Shown: positions 19,223 through 29,506 of the stretch, piece by piece
How positions within the stretch are numbered: position 1 is the stretch's first letter
How the letters are laid out: every line of letters begins with the position of its first letter
IMG/VR virus record: IMGVR_UViG_3300011113_000784
Location: 1-64,000 of that record
DNA: 64,000 bases
Source: a virus
Reading direction: 5' to 3' (one strand)
Notes under the pieces: model-generated
Database searches by the model: none
Seen by the model: only the letters and a program-made list of their open reading frames with translations
What the model was told of the DNA's origin: nothing
Translations under genes and position numbers: made by a program

Positions 19223-19387
19223 TTTTTTTCTAACTTTTGTTTTAGCGTGTTCTAGTTGTTCCATCTTTTCATCTAATTTCTTTTGTCTTTCGGCAACTTC
19301 TTGAAGTTTTTCATCGAGACTCTTTACAACAAACAATGTTTCATCAATAATATTGTCTATCATAATGAAATCTCCAAAAAACGACAT
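19190..19387 (-). CDS. Small coiled-coil hypothetical protein
   Basis: Heptad-like sequence; GGAG before the internal ATG. Confidence 0.5.
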   Translation of the reverse strand: MSFFGDFIMIDNIIDETLFVVKSLDEKLQEVAERQKKLDEKMEQLEHAKTKVRKKLLPLSDIKIK

Positions 19388-19459
19388 TGGTATCTATGTT
19401 TAATCTTGACAAATTATTGAAAAAAGAATAATTTATTATGATACTCATGAGAGGAAATC

Positions 19460-20878
19460 ATGGCTACTTTAATAACAGTTAATAATGATTTTTGCCAACT
19501 TCAAACTGATAATCAAGAAATTTTAAATTACCTTATTGCAAACTTAAAATTTAGGCAAAAGGGTTATCAATTTACACCACTTTATAAATCAAAAAAATGG
19601 GATGGATTTGTTAATTTTTTCTCTGCAAAAACAGGAAAATTTTTAACAGGCATACTTCCAGAAATTTGCATGATTTTGAAAAAATTTCAAGAAACATATG
19701 AATTTGACGATCACAGAACACCAATCAAGTTTAAGTTTGACAAAATTGATGAACACTTTTTGCAGTATTACAACGAAGACATGAACACAAAGATCGAACT
19801 AACTGATTATCAAGTGGATCTCGTCAACCAAGCTATTAAACATAAGCGTGGAATCATTGTTGCTCCTACAGCTTCAGGCAAAACTTTTCTTATGTCGGCT
19901 TTGTTAAAAGCTTTAGGTGAACATGAATCAACACTTGTTTTGCAAAATCGCAAATCTCTTGCAGAACAAAATTACGATGAAATATCCAGATGGGGATTTA
20001 AAAAAATCGGTTCTTGTTGGGGTGGAAACCATAACCCTAACAAGATCACTGTAGCAACAGCCCAATCAATTCATCATATGGAAGATCAACTGGATAAGAT
20101 TAGAGTGCTTATCGTTGATGAAGTTCATGATATGGTTTCTGATACAGCAAAAGACATATATAAAAAGCTTAAAAATGCTGTAATTAGAATAGGGTTATCT
20201 GCTACACCATTCAAGCATGGTGAAAGTGACAAGGTTCACAAATACATGGTCAAAGGTTTTTTTGGACCAGTAATTAAAACAAACACAACCTCCACAGGGC
20301 GTGTTACAACTTCTGATTTGCAGCAAAAAGGAAGACTCTCTCAATCAAAGTGCATTTTTCATAAAATAACAGAACCAGATATTCAACTATCAATCTATAG
20401 CGAAGCTGTAGATTTAGGTATTGTTAACAATGTGACGCTTCACAATAAGGTTATTGAAATTACCAACACGCTTTCTGGAAGAACTTTAATTTTGGTTGAT
20501 AGGATTGCACATGGAGATCAATTGAAGAAACTAATTCCAACTGCTTATTGGATCACTGGAAAAGATGACAGTGAATCCAGAAAAGAAGTTATTAATATGC
20601 TTCAAAGCTCAAAAACAAGTTGTATAGCAATTGCTACGCAACAGATATTTAATACTGGTATCAATGTAAAGATACATAATTTAATTAATGCTGCTGGTGG
20701 ACAGGCTGATCACCTGATCATTCAGAGAATGGGTCGTGGTTTAAGAACAGCCGACGATAAAAAAGAAGTTTTATATATTGATTTTATGTTTGAAAACAAT
20801 CCATATCTTAAAAAGCACTCGGCAAAAAGGGCTAAGATTTTGGAGAAGGAGGGACACTCTCTTCAGTTTCTCGACTGA
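19460..20878 (+). CDS. SF2 DNA helicase, UvsW-like
   Basis: YQ, PTASGKT, DEVH, SAT, QRMGRGLR; N-terminal WDG motif. Confidence 0.9.
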   Translation: MATLITVNNDFCQLQTDNQEILNYLIANLKFRQKGYQFTPLYKSKKWDGFVNFFSAKTGKFLTGILPEICMILKKFQETYEFDDHRTPIKFKFDKIDEHFLQYYNEDMNTKIELTDYQVDLVNQAIKHKRGIIVAPTASGKTFLMSALLKALGEHESTLVLQNRKSLAEQNYDEISRWGFKKIGSCWGGNHNPNKITVATAQSIHHMEDQLDKIRVLIVDEVHDMVSDTAKDIYKKLKNAVIRIGLSATPFKHGESDKVHKYMVKGFFGPVIKTNTTSTGRVTTSDLQQKGRLSQSKCIFHKITEPDIQLSIYSEAVDLGIVNNVTLHNKVIEITNTLSGRTLILVDRIAHGDQLKKLIPTAYWITGKDDSESRKEVINMLQSSKTSCIAIATQQIFNTGINVKIHNLINAAGGQADHLIIQRMGRGLRTADDKKEVLYIDFMFENNPYLKKHSAKRAKILEKEGHSLQFLD

Positions 20879-21143
20879 CTTTTTGATAGAAAGCGTTGTA
20901 CAGATCAATAATTTTAGATGATTTATTTCCAAGTATTTCTTTAACGCCTTTTTTATCAGCGTCATTCATTTTAGTATAGCGATTCCAAGTTTTCATTCTT
21001 TCTGTAATTTTTTTCGGATCGAAAACATTTATATTGGCATACCAACCTTTTTTGTCATCTATGTTAAGTTGGAAATGATTTATAAATGCTTCCTTTTGAG
21101 CATCATCTTGTGCGCTTTCCAAAAATTGAATGAAAGTAATCAT
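20832..21143 (-). CDS. Hypothetical protein with capsid-targeting-like N-terminus
   Basis: MITFIQFLE. Confidence 0.65.
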   Translation of the reverse strand: MITFIQFLESAQDDAQKEAFINHFQLNIDDKKGWYANINVFDPKKITERMKTWNRYTKMNDADKKGVKEILGNKSSKIIDLYNAFYQKVSRETEESVPPSPKS

Positions 21144-21172
21144 ACGACTATATAGTTATAAGGAGATTATTT

Positions 21173-21982
21173 ATGAGATTTGTTGAATGGGCTGGCAAAT
21201 CACCTGATGTCGTTTTTGGTTTTGATAAAAGTATTCCATTGAAAAAAGAACTTCGTTACAGCGAAGAACCAATGGAGCCTTTACAGATTGAAACAACTTT
21301 GGATGAAATTGTTAATCTCGGAAAAATTGGAACAAAAGATCCAGTGAAAGATTTTGGTTCAATGGTAACTTATGGAGATCCAAATCAAGTCGGATCTATT
21401 CAAATCAAGTTTAGTCCATTTGGTTCTTGCCGTGCAACAATCATGCGAAGAATTAGTGACCTTGAAGGAGAGCCAACATGGATCACAAGATATTCTGTTC
21501 CAGTTATTAATGATTATCAACATGCATCTGAGGAAGATATCGCAGTTGAAAAAATGCTTGCTGTTAGAGTTCATGAAATAGCAGACTATCTTGACAAAAC
21601 AACATTAGAATCTCCTAATGCCAAATATGAAAGATTACAAGAACTAGTTGTAATGATTGCCGCTAACATGAAACTTAAACATCCAAAAGTCATGAATTTC
21701 CAAGGTGTAATGAAACAAGACGAAAATACATATATCATTTATTTTTCATATAACGGTTATGGAATTGAAGCTCCCGGTCAAAGGAAGGTAAATCAATTCA
21801 ATGTTTATGTTGAATTTGTAAAACAGAAGGGATTAATAAGATCATGGGGAGCAGAATATTCTGCACCTCATTTGCTGTATAACTACGAGCCTCAATCGCC
21901 TGAATGGGATGAGTATTTCTCTCCTGATCAAAACAAGAATGAGATCGTAACAGTTCTTGAAAACATTTTCAAGACTTATTGA
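21173..21982 (+). CDS. Hypothetical protein
   Basis: SD AAGGAG, N-terminus MRFVEW, 269 aa. Confidence 0.75.
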   Translation: MRFVEWAGKSPDVVFGFDKSIPLKKELRYSEEPMEPLQIETTLDEIVNLGKIGTKDPVKDFGSMVTYGDPNQVGSIQIKFSPFGSCRATIMRRISDLEGEPTWITRYSVPVINDYQHASEEDIAVEKMLAVRVHEIADYLDKTTLESPNAKYERLQELVVMIAANMKLKHPKVMNFQGVMKQDENTYIIYFSYNGYGIEAPGQRKVNQFNVYVEFVKQKGLIRSWGAEYSAPHLLYNYEPQSPEWDEYFSPDQNKNEIVTVLENIFKTY

Positions 21983-21983
21983 T

Positions 21984-22006
21984 GTGTCAGCTGGGGACAC
22001 ATTTAC
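21984..22006 (-). repeat. Solitary CRISPR repeat handle between convergent genes
   Basis: GTAAATGTGTCCCCAGCTGACAC, 21/23 to the array consensus. Confidence 0.88.
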
Positions 22007-22332
22007 TGATCAAGTTCTAGCAACTTGATATAACATTCTCCAAAGACTTCAATTTCTCCCATAAGGGCTTGAAATTCTTTTTGGGTATCGTTGATGAAAT
22101 CAAGTTCTCCCATCACACGCTTGGTTTCACTTTTAGAAAACTTGATAGCAGCTTTCAATCCATCATTCTTCAGGACTTTCATAACTTCAGCATAAGGTTT
22201 GTCCTTAGCAGCAAAGTGATAATATGAAAGTATAGCATCACCTTCTTTTGCCTTAGCTTTGGCAGCGATGTCGGCTGCGCCTTTACGGCGGTTGATAAGA
22301 AATTCCAAGGGATCGTCTGATTGTGGTTTCAT
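22003..22332 (-). CDS. Hypothetical protein
   Basis: 109-aa ORF whose stop overlaps the solitary repeat. Confidence 0.7.
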   Translation of the reverse strand: MKPQSDDPLEFLINRRKGAADIAAKAKAKEGDAILSYYHFAAKDKPYAEVMKVLKNDGLKAAIKFSKSETKRVMGELDFINDTQKEFQALMGEIEVFGECYIKLLELDQ

Positions 22333-22370
22333 AATTTTATATATTGCTGATAAATATTTTAGAGGTGAAA

Positions 22371-22742
22371 ATGAAATCTTTTTTAGAATTTATTTTTGAA
22401 AATAATTTTTATGAAACTTATCCAAAAGAATTATCTTCTGAAGATATAATTAAATATATTTCTAAACATCATAAAGAAAATTTACATCAAGATTATATTG
22501 ATTATTTGAATACATTTAAAAAGTTTGTTTTAAAAGATATTGATTTAGATAAAATTGAAACAAATTTACCAGCTTTGGATAAATCAAAAGTTGAAGAATA
22601 TAAAAAAATGAACTTCAATCAAGCTCCGCCAATTGTAGTAGCAGAAAAATATATTTTAGATGGATACCACAGAACAAATGTAGCAAAATTTTTAGGATTG
22701 AAAACCATAAAAGGATATGTTGGCATTAATAACATTGATTAA
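22371..22742 (+). CDS. ParB/Srx-like domain protein with capsid-targeting-like N-terminus
   Basis: MKSFLEFIFE; PPIVV..ILDGYHR. Confidence 0.7.
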   Translation: MKSFLEFIFENNFYETYPKELSSEDIIKYISKHHKENLHQDYIDYLNTFKKFVLKDIDLDKIETNLPALDKSKVEEYKKMNFNQAPPIVVAEKYILDGYHRTNVAKFLGLKTIKGYVGINNID

Positions 22743-22747
22743 TAATT

Positions 22748-23476
22748 TTAATTAATGTTAAATTTATTAAATCTTTCATTATAAATTTTTTTTATATCAT
22801 CTACATTGTAATCTTTATACTTTTCACATTCTGTCAAACTTATTATTTCTTTCTTTAAATCTTCTGGCAATTTTTGAATCCATTCGCTGCAAAAGCACCA
22901 AATTGGATCAATTTGTTTTGCTCTTATTTGCAGCATAATTCTTCTTATATTTTTATAAAAATTATCATATGTGAAATTATCTCCAAGAGTATCTTTAAGT
23001 GATTCTATTGTTTTGTCTAAAGCAGATGATATAATTTTATCATCAAGCTTTCTTGTAATAGTTTTTGTGACCATTTTGGTTTCTGCCATCTTTTTTCGCC
23101 AGACAAAATAGCGTTTTTCTGCTTTTTCTCCGATCAAAATGCTTGGACCAATGATCGGATTTACAGATTCCAAAAGTTTAATAATTTCCATTTGCGCTTT
23201 TATAAAAATGAAATACTCTGCTGGTGAAGTAAAAACACTTCTTTTGTCTTTGACATATTTTAATAAAAATTTATATGCAGATTGATTTTTTACAGGTTTT
23301 AAATCATTGAATTTTGTGTGAACATAATCTGGGAAATAATGATATTCACAATTGAGATAATATATCAGCAAATGATATGCAAATATCATATCTTCATCGC
23401 CAGAAAGTTTGAGAAGTTGGTCGGTTGAAACTTTATAAACCTCACGCATTTTTACCCTAGTATTAATCGAGGTCAT
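22748..23476 (-). CDS. Hypothetical protein
   Basis: 242-aa ORF diverging from the putative origin. Confidence 0.7.
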   Translation of the reverse strand: MTSINTRVKMREVYKVSTDQLLKLSGDEDMIFAYHLLIYYLNCEYHYFPDYVHTKFNDLKPVKNQSAYKFLLKYVKDKRSVFTSPAEYFIFIKAQMEIIKLLESVNPIIGPSILIGEKAEKRYFVWRKKMAETKMVTKTITRKLDDKIISSALDKTIESLKDTLGDNFTYDNFYKNIRRIMLQIRAKQIDPIWCFCSEWIQKLPEDLKKEIISLTECEKYKDYNVDDIKKIYNERFNKFNIN

Positions 23477-23619
23477 GGTTCGGTTGCCACATGCCGTTTA
23501 CTTTCGAATAAACGGGTCTGTTTCTAATTATTTAAACCAATTTGGGTCTGAAGTCAAATTGTAATTTTAAGTGCCTTAAAAGCAAAATTTGAAAGACAAA
23601 AAAATCTCAATTTTTCTTT

Positions 23620-23850
23620 CTGATTGGCACGGCGTTTGCGAATTAATAATACTAAGTATTTATATTAATACTTAAGAGAAAATAATTTCAATTAAGAAAA
23701 CCTATTTTTATTAAGTGGTACTAAATTACTCTGAGCGAAGCGAAGAGTAATTTATGTACCACTTAACTTAAAGAAGACCTAAGTACGAAGTACTTAGGTC
23801 TTAAATAAGAATAAATAATTTAATACGCACGAAGCAAAAACCGTGCCAAA
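23620..23850. other. Multi-hairpin non-coding element, putative replication origin
   Basis: Closing arms 23624-23632 / 23841-23849; internal hairpins 23653-23674, 23711-23766, 23774-23802. Confidence 0.6.
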
Positions 23851-23902
23851 ATTCAAAAAAATAATTTTTGACTTGATTTGGAAAAATGGTTAAGTTTTTT
23901 TT

Positions 23903-25213
23903 GTGACCATTGAAAAAAATATTTTTGAAAGCATCTACGACACTTTTCGTGTCGAGCCATTCGTTTATTTGCAAATTTTAAATGAACCGGATTTGACAGA
24001 CAAAAAAAGTCTTTTATTACACATAAAGTTAATTGGACCAAAGGGTTCTAATTTTGAAATAAAATTACATCAAAATAACACATGCACATTTGTACATTAC
24101 ATTGCCAGTTGTTTGGAGCAATATAATCGCCCAATAATTTGCTTAAATTCCAAGCTTTTTCATTCATTTTGCTTAAGACAAAATTGTTCAAAATTAGTTG
24201 ATTTTAAATTTTTTTTTGATTTGAGTTGGTACTGTGATTATAACGAATCAAATTGTTCTTTTGATAAACTAAGTGATATCGTTTCTATATTTCTCCAGTT
24301 TATTAAATCAGATAATACTAAAATTTATAAAAATGTATTTCAAGAACTTATTTGCAAGACAGTTCCACATATGGAAAATCAAGGTATAATTTTAGATGAT
24401 GAAGCTACATTTACTTATCCTCATTATTCATCCAGATTTCAAGATAATGGAAGATTGAACTCTAAAGTTATTTCTAATAGAAATTTTAATCCACACACTT
24501 TGACTCATGAAGTTAAGACAAACTTTGTTTTAGCTGAAGATGAATTATTCATATCGTTTGACTTTAAAGCACTTGAGTTATATGTGTTGGCATTTTTGAG
24601 TAATGATGCTAACTTAAACACACTGTTATATAATACATGCCATCCATATGAACAAATTGCACAATATGTTCTTGATTTAAATAATTTTAAGAATGAGAAC
24701 TATAAAGATTTAGGTAAGAAATTATTCTTACCAGTTGTTTATGGCATTTCAGCATCAAAGTTATCTGAGTCTTTAGGTTGTTCTATTTTTGAGGCTAATT
24801 CTTATCTAAGAAAAACAAAGACTTTATTTAGCAAAGCATTTGATTATGTAGATCAACAAATGGCTCAAGCAGTCAACTTTGGTCATTGTTTCGATTACTT
24901 CAAAAGAAAAAAAAGTTTTGCCTCAGATGAGTGCTACAAAGCAATGAATTTTTCTGTTCATTCACCTGCTGCTGTCTTTTGTTTTATGAAGATGAACGAA
25001 ATTAATTCTTTGGTTAATAAAGATTTCCGCCTATTGTTCTCAGTGCATGACTGCTTTGTTTTTGCAACAAAGAAAGACAAACTAAATTCATCAGTGGTAC
25101 AAATTAGAGATATTTTACAAAAAGAATTTTCTGAATATAGACCATTGAGACTTATGGTCGATGTAAAATTTGGTGAAAATTTAGGATTTTTAAAAAATTA
25201 CTCTGAAATTTGA
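23903..25213 (+). CDS. Divergent family A DNA polymerase-like protein
   Basis: NGRL, motif A SFDFKALEL, motif B KDLGKKLFLPVVYG, motif C SVHDC. Confidence 0.75.
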   Translation: MTIEKNIFESIYDTFRVEPFVYLQILNEPDLTDKKSLLLHIKLIGPKGSNFEIKLHQNNTCTFVHYIASCLEQYNRPIICLNSKLFHSFCLRQNCSKLVDFKFFFDLSWYCDYNESNCSFDKLSDIVSIFLQFIKSDNTKIYKNVFQELICKTVPHMENQGIILDDEATFTYPHYSSRFQDNGRLNSKVISNRNFNPHTLTHEVKTNFVLAEDELFISFDFKALELYVLAFLSNDANLNTLLYNTCHPYEQIAQYVLDLNNFKNENYKDLGKKLFLPVVYGISASKLSESLGCSIFEANSYLRKTKTLFSKAFDYVDQQMAQAVNFGHCFDYFKRKKSFASDECYKAMNFSVHSPAAVFCFMKMNEINSLVNKDFRLLFSVHDCFVFATKKDKLNSSVVQIRDILQKEFSEYRPLRLMVDVKFGENLGFLKNYSEI

Positions 25214-25266
25214 CTCTTTTAAATTTAAGGCTAATATTATGCCTATTGCTCAAGGAGGTAAATGAA

Positions 25267-25821
25267 ATGAAGATATTTCAGATGTTTAAGATTAACTCAG
25301 ATGAATTCAGGGAACTTGAAGATAAATTTGGTCAACTTTGTTTATATGCCAGTTGGCAATTAATGTCCAACAATTCTCGCAATAATCACCAGTTAGATGT
25401 TGATGATATTAAGCAAGAGTTACTTATGGCAGTTATTAGAGCCGGAAGTTATTATAAGAGACAAACTTACATCGAGGCATCATTTGAGACTTTGGAGAAA
25501 CATGTTCCGACTGATGGGATTTTCAGAGAAGTATTTGACTCGTTGAAGAATTTATGGAAAAATAAGACCCATCATGGTGCCTATCGACGCAAATTTGGCG
25601 ATCCTCAAGAAGAGATTCTTGAGAAGTTGGTTAAGAAATTTGTTCCGCCCTCGCACCGCCCCGATATAAACTTAAAACTTAACATCAACACGAAATTTGT
25701 TATTTACACGAAGCAGATTATCTGGAATGCTGCTCGTCATGTCGGGAAGAAGATTACCAAAGAGAAGAGCATTCGGGTTGGTCAGGTCTCTCTTTCCGAA
25801 CATGAACACCTCTACATCTGA
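25267..25821 (+). CDS. Hypothetical protein, weakly sigma-region-2-like
   Basis: SD AAGGAGG; DVDDIKQELLMAV..KFVIY. Confidence 0.5.
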   Translation: MKIFQMFKINSDEFRELEDKFGQLCLYASWQLMSNNSRNNHQLDVDDIKQELLMAVIRAGSYYKRQTYIEASFETLEKHVPTDGIFREVFDSLKNLWKNKTHHGAYRRKFGDPQEEILEKLVKKFVPPSHRPDINLKLNINTKFVIYTKQIIWNAARHVGKKITKEKSIRVGQVSLSEHEHLYI

Positions 25822-25829
25822 GGTCTAGG

Positions 25830-27359
25830 ATGACTCAACTCACGGAAGATCAGCAAAAGCTGCTGGAAAATATGCTCCAGCAGCAAAACACTCAAGCTAA
25901 ATTTCGTTGGGATGAAAATTTCCAACGGAGAATTCTTGGCATTCTTTTAACAGATCGCAATTTTCTCCTACAAGGCAAAGCTCTTATTTTGCCTGAATAC
26001 TTTGCTAATGAAGTTCATGTAGAAACTTGCAAAATTTTATTCAAACTTTTTGAAGAACATCCTTACGGAATTCCAGACAAGATGATCATGGAAAATGATC
26101 TTCTTGAAAAAGTAAAGGATAAGCCCGATTCTGTAAAAATGTATTACAAATCGGAACTGCAATCTTTATATGAATTTTTTATTCCCAACCAAGCATCAAG
26201 AGATATACTTTATAATAAACTTGTTAATTTTTCTAAGATTCAAAGCCTTCGCATTGCAATGGAAGAGAGCCAAAGAGATCTCAAGAAAAATCCTGATTCA
26301 GAAGAAATATGGTCTAAAGTTTATGAGAGATTTCGCAATTGTATGCTTATTTCTAAGAATTTTGATGCAGGCTTCCAATACTTCACGCAGATTGATCAGT
26401 TCTTCAACGAGATCGTAAAAGATGAAGAAAGAGTTGATAAATTTACATCAGGATTTTTGTCTATAGATTTTGAAATATCTGGCGGCGGTCCTCGCCGTGG
26501 TGAGATTTATGCTTTCATAGCACTTCCCGGTGTTGGTAAAAGTTTGGCTTTAGTAAAAGCAGCCGTTGAAAATGTTAACAAAGGATTCAAGGTAGCTTTT
26601 GTATCCGTTGAAATGGATTGGGTTTCCATTTCTAAAAGATTCACTTCAGCTTATGCAGGAATGCCATACGCCAAACTTGTTAGTCAAAAAGAAGAAATTA
26701 AAAATATTCTTGAATACAAGACGCTTGAATACGAAGATAAGAATAGATTGGTTGTTAAACAATTTCCTGCTGGAAGTATTGATGTCAATGATATTAGGGC
26801 ATATCTAAATCAGCTTGAACTTTATGGATTTGTGCCGGATGTTTTAATCGTTGACTATCCCGGCGAAATGAAAGATACTCCCGGTGTTGCTGTATGGGAA
26901 TCAAAGTATCGCATCATCAGAGATTTGAGAGGTTTAGCTTGTGAAAAGAAAATGCTTGTTTTCACGGCGATGCAACCTAACAAGTCTGCTTCAGAACTTT
27001 CAGCTTCAGAGTTTATTGAGGAGGGTAACATCGGTGCGTCATTTGACATGTTTAAGCCTCTTGATGGGTTATGGTCTATTAACAGAACTACCGATGAGGC
27101 TAACGCTCAAGTTGGCAGAATATTCGTTATCAAAAGTAGAAATGGTAAATCAAGATACCATTTCCCAATAGAATATAATCAAGATATGCTTACAATATCT
27201 GAAATTGATTTCGAAAAGTATAAAACAAAAATGCACAATAAAGCTCAACAGGATGCAAACACTTATAGTGTTGCTACAGACACAGCTAATATCTCAAGTA
27301 ATGAACCACCTAAGAAGGGTAAGAAAAAGGTTCAAGACCCTTCAAATCCGATTGACTGA
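25830..27359 (+). CDS. Replicative DnaB/gp41-like helicase
   Basis: ALPGVGKS, VSVEM, VKQFP, IVDY, TAMQ-N, KSRNG. Confidence 0.92.
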   Translation: MTQLTEDQQKLLENMLQQQNTQAKFRWDENFQRRILGILLTDRNFLLQGKALILPEYFANEVHVETCKILFKLFEEHPYGIPDKMIMENDLLEKVKDKPDSVKMYYKSELQSLYEFFIPNQASRDILYNKLVNFSKIQSLRIAMEESQRDLKKNPDSEEIWSKVYERFRNCMLISKNFDAGFQYFTQIDQFFNEIVKDEERVDKFTSGFLSIDFEISGGGPRRGEIYAFIALPGVGKSLALVKAAVENVNKGFKVAFVSVEMDWVSISKRFTSAYAGMPYAKLVSQKEEIKNILEYKTLEYEDKNRLVVKQFPAGSIDVNDIRAYLNQLELYGFVPDVLIVDYPGEMKDTPGVAVWESKYRIIRDLRGLACEKKMLVFTAMQPNKSASELSASEFIEEGNIGASFDMFKPLDGLWSINRTTDEANAQVGRIFVIKSRNGKSRYHFPIEYNQDMLTISEIDFEKYKTKMHNKAQQDANTYSVATDTANISSNEPPKKGKKKVQDPSNPID

Positions 27360-27397
27360 GGTTTGCTTTTTGGTAATAGTTTTTCAGGAGGTGTGGC

Positions 27398-27823
27398 ATG
27401 GTTGAGAAGATTAACTTAGGTGATCAGATTTGGACAATAGATTCTAAAGATCTTAGTTTTACAGATGCTACACTTAATACATTTTTTGAAAAAGTTGGCA
27501 GTATTATTGATTATGTCGGAGCAGGTCATGCTTTGGCGATGAAATTACACGCTATCGCAGAACTTGAATATAAAAAGAAATATATTGAAAAATTCAAAGA
27601 TCAAAAAGATCAGGGTAAATCTGATAAAACAGCAGAGCTTTCTGCTGAAGGTGATCAAGAATCAGTTGATCTAAAAATGCAAACAATTGAAGCAAAGTAT
27701 TGCAAAGATAGACTTTACGCTCACCTGTCTGCATTGAATGCGGCACGGGAAGATGGACACAATCGTGGACATTTTTTGCGTAAGGAGATGGACAAGCTCA
27801 ACATGGATATTGAAAGGGCTTAA
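27398..27823 (+). CDS. UvsY-like recombination mediator (helical)
   Basis: Size, helical content and position among helicase, gp32 and recA genes. Confidence 0.45.
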   Translation: MVEKINLGDQIWTIDSKDLSFTDATLNTFFEKVGSIIDYVGAGHALAMKLHAIAELEYKKKYIEKFKDQKDQGKSDKTAELSAEGDQESVDLKMQTIEAKYCKDRLYAHLSALNAAREDGHNRGHFLRKEMDKLNMDIERA

Positions 27824-27824
27824 A

Positions 27825-28409
27825 TTGTTTAACATTGAGTTTGTCCGCAAATACATGATCACCGCCAAGTTGTTTGGTGATCTAAAAAATCCATGTTATT
27901 CAAGAAAAATTGGTGTTGTTATTGTGAATAATTTGTTAACAAAAGTTGTCAGCATGGGATATAATGGACCACCAAGAGGTGCGCCTCATTGCGATTCACC
28001 TGAACATTTAAAAAATATTTTTCTCCCATTATTGACCGTGGAAGACAAAAATAAAATTGATCCTGATTTTGATGATGAGAAATTTGTCAAAGATTATGCT
28101 TATGAAAAACAATGTCCAAGGAAAATTCTTGGATGTAAGTCTGGTGAGCGTTTAGAGTTATGCTCATGCGCTCATGCTGAAGCAAATGCTATCGTTAATG
28201 CATCTGATGATTTAAATGGAGCGCATATGTTTGCATGGTGTACTTTACCATGCATAGAATGTACAAAATTAATTATAAATTCTGGTATTAAAAAATTGTT
28301 CTGCTTGACAAATAAGGATAAGGACTATTCTGTCGGCAGTAGATTTCTTTTTGATAAATGTGGTGTCGATGTAGTAGAACTTGATGAAAAAACCATTCTA
28401 GAACACTAG
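27825..28409 (+). CDS. dCMP deaminase
   Basis: RKIGVVIV..GYNGPP, HAEANAI, PCIEC..IINSGI; start set at TTG 27825. Confidence 0.9.
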   Translation: MFNIEFVRKYMITAKLFGDLKNPCYSRKIGVVIVNNLLTKVVSMGYNGPPRGAPHCDSPEHLKNIFLPLLTVEDKNKIDPDFDDEKFVKDYAYEKQCPRKILGCKSGERLELCSCAHAEANAIVNASDDLNGAHMFAWCTLPCIECTKLIINSGIKKLFCLTNKDKDYSVGSRFLFDKCGVDVVELDEKTILEH

Positions 28410-28417
28410 GTTAACAT

Positions 28418-29152
28418 ATGTTTGAAGTAGAATTTAAATATTATAAACAAAAAGAAGATCTCGATTATAACAAAGATGAGCCACTTGTTTTTAGAAACAA
28501 GTTTGGCAAAATCGATGAAGATTATCCAAAAGAAAAATTGGCTAAATATATTTTAACCCAATTAGCTCGGCGTGATATTTTTATCTACGATGTTGATGTT
28601 TATGAATTTACAAAAAAGAAAGTGAATTTTAAACTTGGTAAAAATGGTTTTTCAATTGCTGGAAGTAAATTTAACAATTCTGATTTAGCTGAAGATTGCA
28701 ATCTTGAAAATGATGTTCCAGCAGAGCCACAAGAAATTCCTCATGCGCCCGGTCCTCATTCACCAAAACCACCGATTCAGCAACCTCAACAAAACAAATT
28801 TGTTAATTTGGCAAATAGGATAAACGACACAAAGACAAGAAAGATTATGCGAAAAGTGGCGTTTGTTCCGCCCTTAAGGATGGATAAAACTAAGTTTCCT
28901 TATAAGTTTACATTAAATAAAGTATATCCAGTATATTCTGAAAGATATGTTACAAATGGTGTTGGCATGTATATTACAACTGTTGATGATAATGATAATG
29001 TGTTAGAAGTTATTGATGAATATTTTGTTCCCGCCAATGCTGCGTTAGAATTTGAGAATGAGATGGATGCTGGTAAGCGTGGAAACAATGATTTGTTAAA
29101 CTGGCAAGGTGATAGATCAACAGGACCGATGATTAATTTAAGGGGAAAATAA
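28418..29152 (+). CDS. Hypothetical protein
   Basis: 244-aa ORF in operon. Confidence 0.7.
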   Translation: MFEVEFKYYKQKEDLDYNKDEPLVFRNKFGKIDEDYPKEKLAKYILTQLARRDIFIYDVDVYEFTKKKVNFKLGKNGFSIAGSKFNNSDLAEDCNLENDVPAEPQEIPHAPGPHSPKPPIQQPQQNKFVNLANRINDTKTRKIMRKVAFVPPLRMDKTKFPYKFTLNKVYPVYSERYVTNGVGMYITTVDDNDNVLEVIDEYFVPANAALEFENEMDAGKRGNNDLLNWQGDRSTGPMINLRGK

Positions 29153-29156
29153 AAAA

Positions 29157-29444
29157 ATGAATCAGCGAGAACGAGATCAGAAGAAGAAGGCTCGTAAAAT
29201 CCAAGCAAAAAAAAGAGTTCTTGCTCGTAGAGAAGAACTTAGGAAAACACGAAAAGAAGAAGCAAGATTAGAGAAGGAATTTGAGGCTAGAGAGTCTAAA
29301 TACTTAAGCAGAGAAGAGATTACGCAACGATTGGAGCATAATCTCAAAATTCTTGAGCAGTATGAAAAGTTGTTAGCAGAGCAAGATGAATCACTTGACA
29401 AATCTTCCCCTTCTGACAACAATAGCAGTACACCTGTGGTGTGA
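29157..29444 (+). CDS. Basic coiled-coil hypothetical protein
   Basis: K/R/E-rich; SD AAGGGG. Confidence 0.6.
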   Translation: MNQRERDQKKKARKIQAKKRVLARREELRKTRKEEARLEKEFEARESKYLSREEITQRLEHNLKILEQYEKLLAEQDESLDKSSPSDNNSSTPVV

Positions 29445-29506
29445 ACCTTTGGGACAGGTTAAGTCCTAGCAGTGCGGTGTGAAATATCACCCAGAAAGGC
29501 AGTAAA

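Noticed and set aside
29466-29492. CTAGCAGTG plus a small hairpin upstream of gp32, resembling the repeat 5' end
   Set aside because: Match too short and the stem architecture differs
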